A stretch of 64,000 nucleotides of DNA from positions 24,997,783 to 25,061,782 of the forward strand of contig CM119267.1 of NCBI GenBank assembly GCA_051294375.1. The letters are read 5' to 3'. The stretch comes from Paraspadella gotoi. Lineage: Eukaryota; Animalia; Chaetognatha. The position numbers and the translations under genes were made by a program. The notes under the pieces were generated by a model. That model had not been told where the DNA came from. It did not search any database and was given only the letters and a program-made list of their open reading frames with translations. This document shows, piece by piece, positions 24,841-36,928 of this stretch (positions are counted from its first letter, which is position 1; every line of letters begins with the position of its first letter).

Positions 24841-27030
24841 AAACAAGTTGAGCAAACATTACCGGATCTGCCCACGATCATTAGCGGTAAGCAGCTGATC
24901 AGATAATTAATATTAATTTTTTTTATTTGTGTCAAAATCGTTTTTAACTTTGTTGTTTTGTGATTGAGAGGCGAAACAATCTTGATCACAAAATTAATTA
25001 ATTACAAATGAATAATAATTAATTACTTATTTATTAATAATTAATTAATTCAGCTTGAATATACATTTAATACAAAAATAAAAAAAGCATAATCAAATAG
25101 TGAAATAGATTGTTTGTTTTTCCATTTTAACTCATTTCCACTTGGACGATTCCATCGAAACTTATTTCCTGCTCAATCACACACTTTCCTATCGACATGC
25201 AAAATTTTAAGTCAATCGCCCCATTCACTCATGATAGATAGGCAAGTTACCTGATCGTTTATAATGTTATTTTAAATATTTTTACATTTACTGATAGGAA
25301 ATGATGTCAATATTATTGATGTAACATTTCACGCGTTGAAAAATAATCTACAAAAAATGATCATTTTCCACGCCCAATTTTTAATACAAATCTGCGTTCG
25401 TTAAATTTTCTTTTTGGTTCCACTTAAATTTTTAGCTTTGGCCGAGTAATAAAAAAATTGATTTTCTTTGATATCTTTTTAACCAAAAATGATAGAACGA
25501 TGAGACTGGTATCATATTAAAGCCATAACTATGGGGCATCTTTTCCATATAATTTTTCTCACAATATTTTTACGGATTTTTAAAAAATCTGGATCGGAAT
25601 CTTAGTCAAAAGTATAACAACTTTTGAAATTAAATTAAACACATTTGGCTGTATTTAAAAAAATAAATAAATATAGATTCTGAAAGAGAAAAGATTAATT
25701 ATGTTTCTGATATAAACAAAAATTTTCTATATTTCAAATGTTTATATATTATATAATTACTAAGGATAATGAATTATCATTTTGTTGAAAACAAAAAATT
25801 TTAAAAATTCATGTAAAAACCTTAAAAAACATATGATTTAAATATGAAAATTTAGGAGTTCAAACTTTGTTCCGGCTGATTTAAAAATTACTGACATAGG
25901 GCTAAAAGTCTATTTTATCAGATTTTAAATTTTTGTCATCTTCAGGTGCAAATTAAAACCTTTGCATAATGCCCATTAGCTATATTAATATAATAATTTT
26001 TTATTAAAAAATGCACTACAATCTTTTAATAACACGCTAATGCATGTAGCTGTATGGTAAAATTGTTGTTTTTATTTTTTATTATAATACAAGGCTTTTA
26101 TCAATAAAGGGGTAAATTGCAAAGAAAATGAGTTATTTCAAGGCTCCATATTGATACTATGATATCAATGAATTTTCTTTGTTCCGGCAACGAAATGTAC
26201 CTAAGACATTGTAGTTTCATTAGCTAATCTTTTTTTTTTATAATTTTAAAGGGCATGTTTGGCAAAAACAGTAAGAAACAAAAAGGACAACAAATTTTGA
26301 GAAAAAAAAATTGGATTAATTGCTATTATTTCTTACTATGACGGCAATTTATTTTTTTCGTTATGTGCTTGAAAGTTAGGCTAAAACCAACAGAATCGGA
26401 ATCAGTGCATGACCGCTGTATATTTATTTGACTTATACAGTAAATACCACAAAATAAAAAAAAATTAAAAAGAATTCAGACTAAGCGCCGTGTTTATTTT
26501 CAGTATTTTTTAGTCAAGACCTTTATGGATTTACTTTGTTCCAGCGGCGTTGGATAGCCCAAACACTGCAGTTTCAGAAATCATCCATGGTTTTGTAATA
26601 TTTACTGCGCTACTGGTGCAAAAATTGCTAGGAACCAAAATTATCAGAAACCGCTTCGTTCTTTCGGATTTTTTTTTAAGCGCGGAGCGACATACCTACT
26701 CATGAGAATTGGCGTTAAAATGTAAAAAAAACCAAAAAATATATTTCACTATTTGAACTCATTTCCACTCGGACGATTCCATCGAAACAATCACACACTT
26801 TCCTACCCACACACAAAATTTCATTCCAATCCATCCATCAAATCACGAGTTATTGGTGTTTTTTTCTAAGGTGGGACAGATAGACGGACAGACAGACAGA
26901 CATTTTTTTGGTATAATTTATCATAATTTGATGTTCTGACATGATATAAGTGAATGCCCGACAAGATTGGGGGGGCGGACCGATAAAGTGAATTATAGAG
27001 CCGGAATCTGCTGTAAGCAGATCCGGCTAA
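24841..27030 (-). mobile_element. DINE-1/HINE-like repeat, tail-to-tail with the previous copy, with ~1.4 kb of unrelated interior
   Basis: 3' end at 24841 (AAACAAGTTGAGCAAAC...GGATCTGCCCAC); 5' end at ~27030 (GCAGATCCGGCTAA). Confidence 0.65.
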
Positions 27031-27166
27031 AAAAATCAAAAATCAAATTCCAATGCAGTGCGTGTCAGGTAATCGTAAACTTGTAAATACTTGTAAAAGA
27101 CAGTCAAAGTGGTGCAACATATTGTTACCGCTCGTTTTTTGTATAGTTCATTTTCTTATCCTATTT

Positions 27167-27914
27167 TTAGTCGGATCTGCTTATCAGCAGATCCCAACTC
27201 TATAATTGACTTTGTCGGTCCGTCGGTCCACCCCCTCAATATTGTCGAGCACACACTTATATCATGTCAGAGCATCGAATTAAAATAAATTAAGCAAAAA
27301 AAAATGTCTGTCCATCCGTCCTTAGCAAAAAACACCAATTACTCGTGATTGGATGGATGGATTTGAATGAAATTTTGTGTGAGTAGGGAAGTGTGTGATT
27401 GAGCTGGATATGAAGTTACGATGGAATCCTCCGAGTGAAAATGAGTTTAAATGAAAAAAAAAAAATATATTTCATTATTTGAACACCAATTGTTCATGAG
27501 TGGATGGGGTGATTGACCTTGAATTTTGTATGTGGGTAGGAAAGTGTGTGATTAAACTGGAAATCAAGTTTCGATGGAATCGTTTGAGTGGAAATTAGTT
27601 TAAATGGAAAAAACAAAAAAACCTGTTTCACTAATATATATTATATTAAATATAAATGCAGGATGTATTAATTAATCAAATAATTAATTAGTCAATTAAT
27701 TAATCAATAATTAATTAATAAGTCAATCAATCAAGTCAGTCATTATTGGCATTGTTCTCATCGTCGTCATTGCTTTTGTCGTGGTTAGTGACGAAAAGAC
27801 CTAAAAACAATTAATTGCCTAATTAATTAAATAATTAACTTGAATAATTTAATTACTAATTAATTACCGATAATGATTGTGGGCAGATCCGACATTGTTT
27901 GCTCAAACTTGTTT
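27167..27914 (+). mobile_element. DINE-1/HINE-like repeat (most intact copy)
   Basis: 5' subTIR GTCGGATCTGC with an adjacent inverted repeat, GTCY microsatellite, 3' subTIR GCAGATCCGAC and a short hairpin. T-rich flanks with no TSD; this is the DINE-1 layout. Confidence 0.78.
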
Positions 27915-28855
27915 CTGTTTGCTTTAGCCTTACCTCTTATCCTAACTTTTATATTTCTTATTGCTACAGATAGATATATAATTATATATTATATAAATTA
28001 TACTGCCCATGAGAGTCTTTTTGATGTATAATAGTTATTGGGTAACATACTTAAGGGAGTGGTCCTTTTATCCAAGAGTAACTTCTGATCAAATATCATA
28101 TCACTCTACGAATTAATAAACTAGATTGAGAGAGAGTATTAATTGAAAGCTTGAAGGGTCTTCCTATTTTAATAAGAGGGATAGAGGCCTATCCATTGGA
28201 TAGTATAGTCAGGGGCAAAATAGCTTTTTATTAAGTAAGTAATTAATTATTTTATTTTCTATACCAATTTCAAGATAATAAAATTTACGTCAAATATTTT
28301 CTTTGCATTTTTTTATTAGTGAAAACCTACCCGCTTAATTGCATACTTAAAGGTACTTAATAAAAAGCACTGACTGCATTAAATACGATAAAGATATTTT
28401 TTTAAATTCTGTATCGCACGGCAATGGTAACTAAATAATTTTCCTGCCGCAATACAGTGTAGTATTGGAATCATCTAAAAAGCAAATTGAGGTGATGCCA
28501 ATGCTTATGTCAATCGCCCTGAGCACAACTTCAAGAAGGTCACAAGGCTTGACAACGGTCAAATCACCAGAAGTTTGTTCCAGTTAGTTAAACTGATATT
28601 AAATTAAGCGATAATGCGATATTTTAAGAGTTTTTTAAATTTCAAACTGCTATTTTATTAAGAAGTCAAGATGAAGCAATGGAAAATTAACAATTTCAAA
28701 ATGTTTCAAAAAACTATCACCAAAAATTAAGGAAAAAAAATACAGGCACGATTTTAAAAAAGGTAATTTTGTAGTTAAATGTTTTTTGTTTTGTGTTTTT
28801 TTTATGTTTTTTGGTTTTAAGACAACTTCCTTGGTATGTAGTATAAAGATGCCAC

Positions 28856-29089
28856 TATGGTGGATTAAAATTCAACAACCGTTCATCAGCGGCCATTGGT
28901 GCCGGAGGCAAGTCAATCGCCTCCCAACCCAAAGGTCCGGGGTTCTAGCCCGGTGGCCGCCTAGCAGTTAAGAGGGTCGGGGCGCTTAACCCGCCTGTAA
29001 CACGGTGTTACAGCCTGATCTGAAGCTCAGGGACTGCTTATATTGAACAGTTCTGTCACTAACACACAACAATAATTACTGTCTCTTCA
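28856..29089 (+). mobile_element. Solo LTR of TRIM family A
   Basis: 234 bp, TATGG...TCTTCA, with perfect 4-bp TSD CCAC. Confidence 0.9.
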
Positions 29090-29739
29090 CCACCAAGAAA
29101 AGGGGACTAAAACTTTTTAATAACATATTTCTTGTCTTAAATTGAAGGAGTTCTGGGTTATAGGTAATATTTCATCTCTGAGCTAACATTTATGTGTTCC
29201 TAATTAGGTGAGGAAGAGGATTGATCTTTTATCAGATGCATTTATGAAACATTCATCTCTTATACTTATAGAACTCGTATCATCTGGCGGTGAAAAGGCT
29301 TTTAAAGAAAAATATAAAAATTAATTTAACAAAAATATACAGTTGTAACAATTGCAACAATTACAATGACTTTTACTGATGCCTGACAACGTAAAGAATC
29401 CATTTTGAAGCTTCTAAAACATTTTTTTCGATGGCACTCTTTATTTAAAGAATGAATTAAGATTCATGCATCCATTTGTCCTGATTTACTTAATTCGGTG
29501 AGTATTTGACATAAGACTAAACAAAGTTAGGACATTTTATTTTATCACATCTCGTTTGAAACACAAGAACCAAAATTATCTTAGTGGCAATTTTTCTTTC
29601 CAATTTTTTAATAAAAACACTGAAAAATGGCCTGATTTTTTATCCTTCACGGAAATGCAAGAATTTAATTTTAGAAAGTAGAATTTGCTATGTACATTGT
29701 TTTTTCAATCTGATTACGCTTTTCTTTCCATAACGACCT

Positions 29740-32700
29740 TCATTCGATTACTAAAGTCATTTCTTCGAATTCGTCATGGGCTTCATCGGCAGAGAACCCA
29801 CTTTTTATTTTTCCGGAGAAGGCCCGTTCAACGCGGCCAGAGTGGCGGAAGGCAAAAAAATGAAGGAGTGAGGCGCGAATAGCTTCGTGGCGCAGCGCCT
29901 GATTAGAGGGCGGCGCGGCCAGTTCGTAGTGACGAGCACGGTCGCAATGGGGACCGCCCGTCAATTTCCGGCTGCAGTTTGTTACATAATTGAAGATGAA
30001 AAAAAAATTTTTAAACAAAGCTGTTCAAAATTTTAATCTGTTAAAAAGAAAAAAACTCTTCCTAAGGCCTTGCGCCTAACAAACCCTTTTTTTAAGCAAT
30101 TAAAATCGAATAGCCCATTTCAAATACTAGAATTAATGGCTAATTAATAATTAGTAATTTTAATATTTTTCAACCAATTTGCCTACACATGAATAAAACT
30201 AGTTAGTCGCCATCCTTATATTCTTCCTCATTCTTTTTGTAAATTTATCACGCACCTGAGAATGTCCCAGGTCCAGGCCGTATCTTGCCGAGAATCGTCC
30301 TCTACAGAAATGTCTTCCATTGATACTAGGTTATTCAGTCTGATGTCTGCCTCTTTTAGGATCTTCTTCACGTCCTTTGCTGACCAAGAGAGAATTTTCT
30401 TTCCCCTCGTGTTCGCAGCGAGAAGTCGAAAAAATTTGGTAAATTCCTCGACACCAACATGATCATAGACGAGAATAAAGGCGAGGTCATCGGTCCTGAC
30501 AATGACGGCGCCAGGTCGAGTACGCCACCAGTGGCCCGCCTGTCGATGCAGCATGGACAGGCAATTTGTCTCTCGCAGGGATCGCGAGAAGCGCCGCTCA
30601 AAGTCAGTGGTGTTAGAGATAACTATGAATTCCACCTTCAAAACGAGGGAGTGGAGATGATTATTGTTGTTGCACTGAGTATCCACAAAGGGAATCTGTT
30701 CCGAATTGGATCGACCAGGAAGAGAGGGTAAGCGATGGATCTGGGCGAGATTGAGCGCAGCGGGAAAAATTTTAGGCGTTAATTGATCAACCACCTCCTG
30801 AGCTGTGATTGCTTCGCAGGACACAAAAATGTCGACTAAGTTGAAAAAGTCGGCCCTTTCCACCATTCTGTCTTTGAAGCGAATAACAAAGTCCTCAAGT
30901 ACTTTAGACGCAAAGCATTTGCGGACTGACTTCGGTTCCTGCAAACCTTTTAAAAAGCAGAGACGGTTCACAAGGAGGAGAAGGCGTTCGCGACTGAAGA
31001 CCTCTGGATCTCGTCCTTTCATATAGTCGGTCGGGAATTCTTTCACAGACCTAAGATATTTAATAACGTTTTTTGACTTCCAGTTTGTAAAGGACATGAT
31101 CTTGTCAACAGTTTGCTGTACAATGTTGTCATTGACTTGGGTCACTAAAAAGTCAGTTCGAAGGCTAATAGGACTGTTTCTGCTTCTATTGGTGTCTTCA
31201 TGACGCAAGTCATCAAGAATGATGAGAAAGTCATAACTGAACTCCAATCCATGTAGGGTAACTAAGTAATGATCATCAAGAATTTGTTCATGGGAAAGAG
31301 TCATCACAAATCGCCTAAGCTCGGTCTGATCATTGTCAAGGTGCTGACGAACCGCCCGAGCAACTGACCATTGTCGGGGTTTGGAGGACAGCCTACGCAA
31401 AACAGGTAGAAAGTGATCAACCGTCTGACAGGGACGCCAGTCACTAATGATAGCGTCAACAATTTCAGTGACCTTTTGCTTTGTAAGGGAATTTGCATTC
31501 AAGCGAGAAATAGAAAGAGTGACATAACCACTCTCTTTCTCATAATCTTCATTGATTGGAAAAGTACTGCTTTGAGATGGTTCATTTATGTTCGAACTAT
31601 TTTGATTTGATTTCAAATATTGAGGACTTGGCCTTAGTTTCATTAATGGCACTACATTCTTTGAGCAATTATTTTCTTGCAATGAAGCTTTCGTTTCAGT
31701 AACAGAAGAACTGGTTAAAGGACGGTTCGGCGTATTAATGACAGGACATTTTTGTGCAAAGCTTTGAGGACGAATTTGCAAATTACTGGGCACTCGATTA
31801 TAGGGAATGCTCGGAGGACGATTCTGCACAAAGTTTGGTGGTATATTCCGAAAGAAGCTTGGAGGTTGATTAGAAACAACACCCGGCGGGTGATTCTGTA
31901 CATTGGGAGGTTGAGTCTGGGTAACATTTGTCAGTTTTGGTACATTGTATGGGGGTCGATTTTGAAATATACTTGGTTGTTTTGGAGGAATGATCAGGGA
32001 TTTATTTTTTTCGATGCTTGCAGGTAGATTTTGTACAGCATTCAGGGTTGGATTCTGTACAAATGGGGGTTGATTTTGAACACCACTTGTAGGTTGATTC
32101 TGTCGCATACCTGGTGATTGATTCTGTAAAATGTTTGGTCGTTGATTCTGTAAAGGTCGATTCAGTACTAACCTCGGTGGTTGATTTTGAACAATTCTTG
32201 GTTGATTATGTACCAATCTTGGCTGTTGATTTTGGACAATGCTTTGTAGTTGGTTTGGAAAAAAGCTTTGCTTTTGATTAGGGAAAATTTCCGGATGTGG
32301 AATCTGTCCAATACTGGGGGGTTGATTTTGCAATATGTCAACTTGTTGAATCTGCTCCAAGTTTGGTACACAATTTTGCAACTCTGATGAATGATTAGGG
32401 TGATTTTGTAGATTGAGTATAGGTCGATTTGGCACACTGTCAAAAGTATGATTCGGGAGATCAACTGAATTCTGCAAACTTATCGACCTAGGATTATGTG
32501 GATGACCATCCAATGGCAAACTGACTGACGACTGATTCTGAAAACCAAGAGGATTATTGGGCAAACCAAGGTGATTATACACACTTTTTGGAGGTTTCTG
32601 CAATTGCCTAGGGAAATAATTCGTCATCCGCATTTGAGTTTGCATATGAATTTCTCGATTATTATCTGGAGGGACTGGTAAAGAATTCAGCCCATGATTT

Positions 32701-35700
32701 TGAGCCATGAAAGAAAGATGTTGCATGGAGTTCTGAAAACTCTCTGCCACTGGCCTGATCGTGTTTGAAGTAGGGAGTAAAGGAGACTGTAGATTAGGAA
32801 TTCCGATGTTATTTCTCGGTTGCTTTGAAAGCAAGGATTTTGGTTCAACGATCTGTTGGGCAAAACCGTCCAAATTCTTCACATTGTTTAAAGTTTCCTC
32901 TCCTTTTCTTATTTCTGACGAGGATTTCTTTTTTCGTGGAGAAGCTTCTGAATCAGAAGATGAAATCGATATAACTGAAGGTGACCTAGACCTTCTACGA
33001 TCAGCGTTTGCAGGCCTCTTTGACCCCAATCTATCTTTTATCTCACAATTGAGCTCAGTTTTTTCATTATTTTTTTTAATTATTGAAGTCTTTTCACTTG
33101 CTAACAACAAACTTGTGTGTCTCTTTCCATCGCCTTCCACTTGAGATTCGGGGAGACATTCGTTAAATTTAGTGACTAGATATGGTTGTGGTAACTTTTT
33201 ACTTTCTACATCCTTACAAGAAATCAGATGTGTTTTAGTACTATTGTGACTTTGCAACAAATTATCTATATTTTTGATAAAATCTTCAGTTGATAATGTT
33301 AAAGCTTGACCCTCTTTGCTTCTTAAATCAGAATCATTTAAAATCATGTTTCCTTCTGCAACATCTCTCGTAACTTTTGCGATATCTCTAGTTTTAACCG
33401 TTTTCTGAGGCCTCTCTTCTTCCTTTCGTTTAAATTCCAGGCAAAAAAACTTGTTGTGTCCTTTATGCCCACACTCTGTACACATCGGCCATTGGATCTC
33501 CTTAGGACTCCGCTCCCGACACAACAAATCATATCTGAAGGCAGTGCAACCGAACTCTTTAACCTCCTCCTCAGTCTCAAACAACTTCAGTTTCCGCTTG
33601 GAATCCGTAGATTTTCCATCAACGCGGAGGAAGTCAGAAGTGACGATACGCTCGACTAAATCTCGGAAGGCCTCATCCTCGGCTTCTGCTGGGGAAGGGC
33701 CTTTGCCTTTGGCCAATAGTACCTCCTCTATGAAGAGACGCAAATTAAATACGGCTTGGCGGCTATCGGTGGACACCTTTATATCTAACCGGAGGGATTC
33801 GCGATGAAAGGCATCGCGCGCGACGTCTCTGGACGACTGGTCGGGCAGGAACGAGCTGGTTTTAATGAGGAACATGATTTCAGCAAACTGGCGATCTTCA
33901 TCCTGAGAAAAAAAAATAGGCGAGGGGCAAAGAAAAAAGGGGAAAGGATGCGAAAAATAATATATTTTTAAATTTTGGTACAAATATTGGTAAAATGCGT
34001 GTTTCTTTATTTCCTTTTGACTCTCTTTAGACTTAGTATGGCCGATTGTGATGGTTATTTAACGTCGGAGAATTACTTTGTTTAAATTATTTTTATCGGC
34101 AACAATTCTTGCCAATGTTGTAACCTTGATTTAAAAAAAAATAACAAAGATGTGTGCTAACACAGCAATTATATATCTCGGGAATGAAACCAAAAGAATC
34201 AGAAAGGATTTAAAATAAATCCGAAAATTAGTTATTCCATGCTAACATGGAAAAAAGCTGAATAAGGGACATAAATAAGGGACTTAATATCTTGCAATAA
34301 TACGAAAAAATACTATTTGATCATTAGGATTTATTGAGGTAGGTTTTATTTTGAGTCAGTTCGTGTTTTATTTACCATTTAAAATTTTAAAAAAATATTT
34401 AGTATTTTATCCATATTTTTTCCTGTACAACATTCATTTTTAGCTCGCTTTAAAACAAAGTATATATCAATTTTTTTTATATTCAGGAATTACTAATTCA
34501 ATTTAATATTTAATTTAATATCCATAAAGAATATTATTTTTTGGAAAATTTAGTATTTGATTCGGCTTTTTATACCATTCGGGGTTATATTTTCAGCTGT
34601 GCACTTCAAAGACTTCTGTCTTCCTCTGAGCAGCAAATTACTTTTCGGATAGACGGAAAACCCCGCTCATCATTTTTCTCTTTTTTCCCACTTAAAGTTA
34701 TCATCGTAGGAGAATCAACCTCACCCAAAGCAGAATCGGAACGAAGGATCGGGCGATCTCCCCCTTAAAGTTATGTTAAACAAACTACCGATTCTTGAAA
34801 AGCTTCATCATACGAGAAGCCAAACACCAGCACCGTCATACGAGAAGCCAAACACCAGCACCGTCACCAGCCATCGTTTTCAAGTCTGCTGAAAGATAAA
34901 ACTGGTCTCCAAAGACAACGTCAGCAACATCACTAACGACTTCTGAAATGAAATGGAATTTATAAATTTTATCACCGGCCCAAACGATGAAATTAAATTG
35001 GAATTTTTGTGAAAAAATTCACAAAAACTTCTTTCGGTTAATTTTCACTTCGGTCGTTCGAATATTTTGAAGAGGATTCGTTTTGGAATTGTTGTATCAA
35101 GCGCACTTTTCAAAATATTTGGAAAAGGACGCCTCCAACGAATAGACTTGGAGGAGATCTGCCATCTTTCTTAAAAGTAATATTCCAATCAAACATTCAA
35201 ATCAATCGCCGATCAACCAAATTCGTAAAAGAACGTTCTTGCAGGATAACCAAAATCTTCAAATGAGATTGATTATTTTAATCTCATTTGCGTTTTGAAG
35301 ACTTCATACCTTTTTTATTCGATTTAACTCAATAGTTATATCGTTGAACAACGAGTAATGGAGAGATGTTTTGACGATGTTAGAAATTTTCCGAAAATTT
35401 TATTTTCTTACGATCGCTGAACATTTTAGGGGTTCAGAGGTCTGATTATTGGTCGAGTTGCGTAGTGGGCGGCCGGAGGGGTTTAATTATAACGCGGAAT
35501 TTAGCCGGTAAATCTTAAGTTGTCACGTCCTTTGTTGTAATTTCTAGTAAATCCATTCGAATGGAGTTCTCTCCAGAAAACGTTTGATCGAGGGGAATCT
35601 TTCAATAACAGACATTTAATTAATAATAATATACGGACCTGAGGAAGGACGCAAGGATCCACACCAACAACAGACGAGGACCACAGATGTTCGGGTCGAC

Positions 35701-35845
35701 GCAGTGGGGGAACGAGGATGGGCGGTGATTTGGCGTTGGATCTTGTCGACTTCGTCCTAACGTCATCCTCATCCTCTTCCTCCTCCGAACTGCTCTCGTT
35801 AAATCGTCGTCTTTGGACGTTGAGTCGCGAGGACGTTCCTTCCAT
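29740..35845 (-). CDS. Paralogue 3: dsRBD-like + CCHC knuckle + Q/N/P-rich region + pseudo-exonuclease (~1361 aa)
   Basis: Exons 35845-35639, 33902-30256 and 29971-29740 join in frame (4086 nt). The last intron matches paralogue 1 in position and phase. Motifs CTECGHKGHNKFFC and LTGGPHCDR...LRHEAIR. Confidence 0.87.
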
Positions 35846-36928
35846 AATCGTCTCTCTCTCTATCTCCCTTTTCCTTTCTTACTTTTCTTTTAAAACTTTA
35901 ATTCTCTCTCCTTTTCTTTCTCTTTCTGGTCTTTCTCTTTTTGGTCTTTTATTTTTTTTCTTTTTGGTTTCGGAAGAAAACTTTTTGCAAAAAACCGAGA
36001 CGGGAATCGGAAAAAGAACTGAGAAAATAAATTAAATTTAAAGGTTTTGCGCAAAATAATGATTTATGAGGATTGATTAAGGAATACAAATTATAATATT
36101 AAACATCTCAAACTTATTATTTATTTGTCCTGAAAAAAAAAATTAGGAGTTATTTTTATGAATTAATCGATCCAATTTATTTCATTCAATCAATCAATCA
36201 TTTAACGCCCTATCATCTCTAATTCATCCCAAAAGAACATGGTTTAGTTGAAAATTAACCAATTTTCGGAGAATTTAAAAGGAAACAATGAAAAACAATG
36301 TCATAAAAAGCTTAAAAAATTATAAATATAAGAAAGAGATAATTGATAGAATAAGTAATAATAAATTTAGAAGAAAATAAAAAACCCCAAACCATCGTAA
36401 CAAAACGAATCGTTAAAAAATGACTACGAAGGTGACTACGAAGTCTCGCAATTTCTTCTTTTCTTCCTTTCTTCCTTTTTTTTACTTCTTTGTTTTCGGT
36501 TTGTTTTTTGTTTCAAATCAAATTTCCTACAACAGAAAAAAAAACATGGAGATCTAAACAGCTGATCGTCGCGGCTGAAACGATGAGAGTCGAAAACAAT
36601 CGAGACAGAAAAAAAAAAAATAAATAATGATCCGAAAAAAATAACTGGAATTATTCGATTAAAGCTATTAGTCAATAATAATCTACTACATTACTCGCGT
36701 GGTAATGTAGGTTGGACGGAAATTTATTGTAAATATAAAGTTATTACGAACAACAGAGAGCAAACCGATTCGGTTTGCCGGCCAAAATCAGAATCAACAA
36801 ATAGTCGTAGTAATTGAAAATGTAGAAAATAAAGGGCGATTGCCTAATCACGAATCCTGAGTAAAACAATTCGTCTCCTAAAGCACAAAACGTTTTAAAA
36901 TTAAAGATTTAACTGAAGAAAAAAAAGT

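Noticed and set aside
34945-35170. Possible FLYWCH/Mutator transposase relic in paralogue 3 intron 1 (…FHFGR…SFWNCCIKR)
   Set aside because: Needs a frameshift and a stop, and is too short to support without a search.
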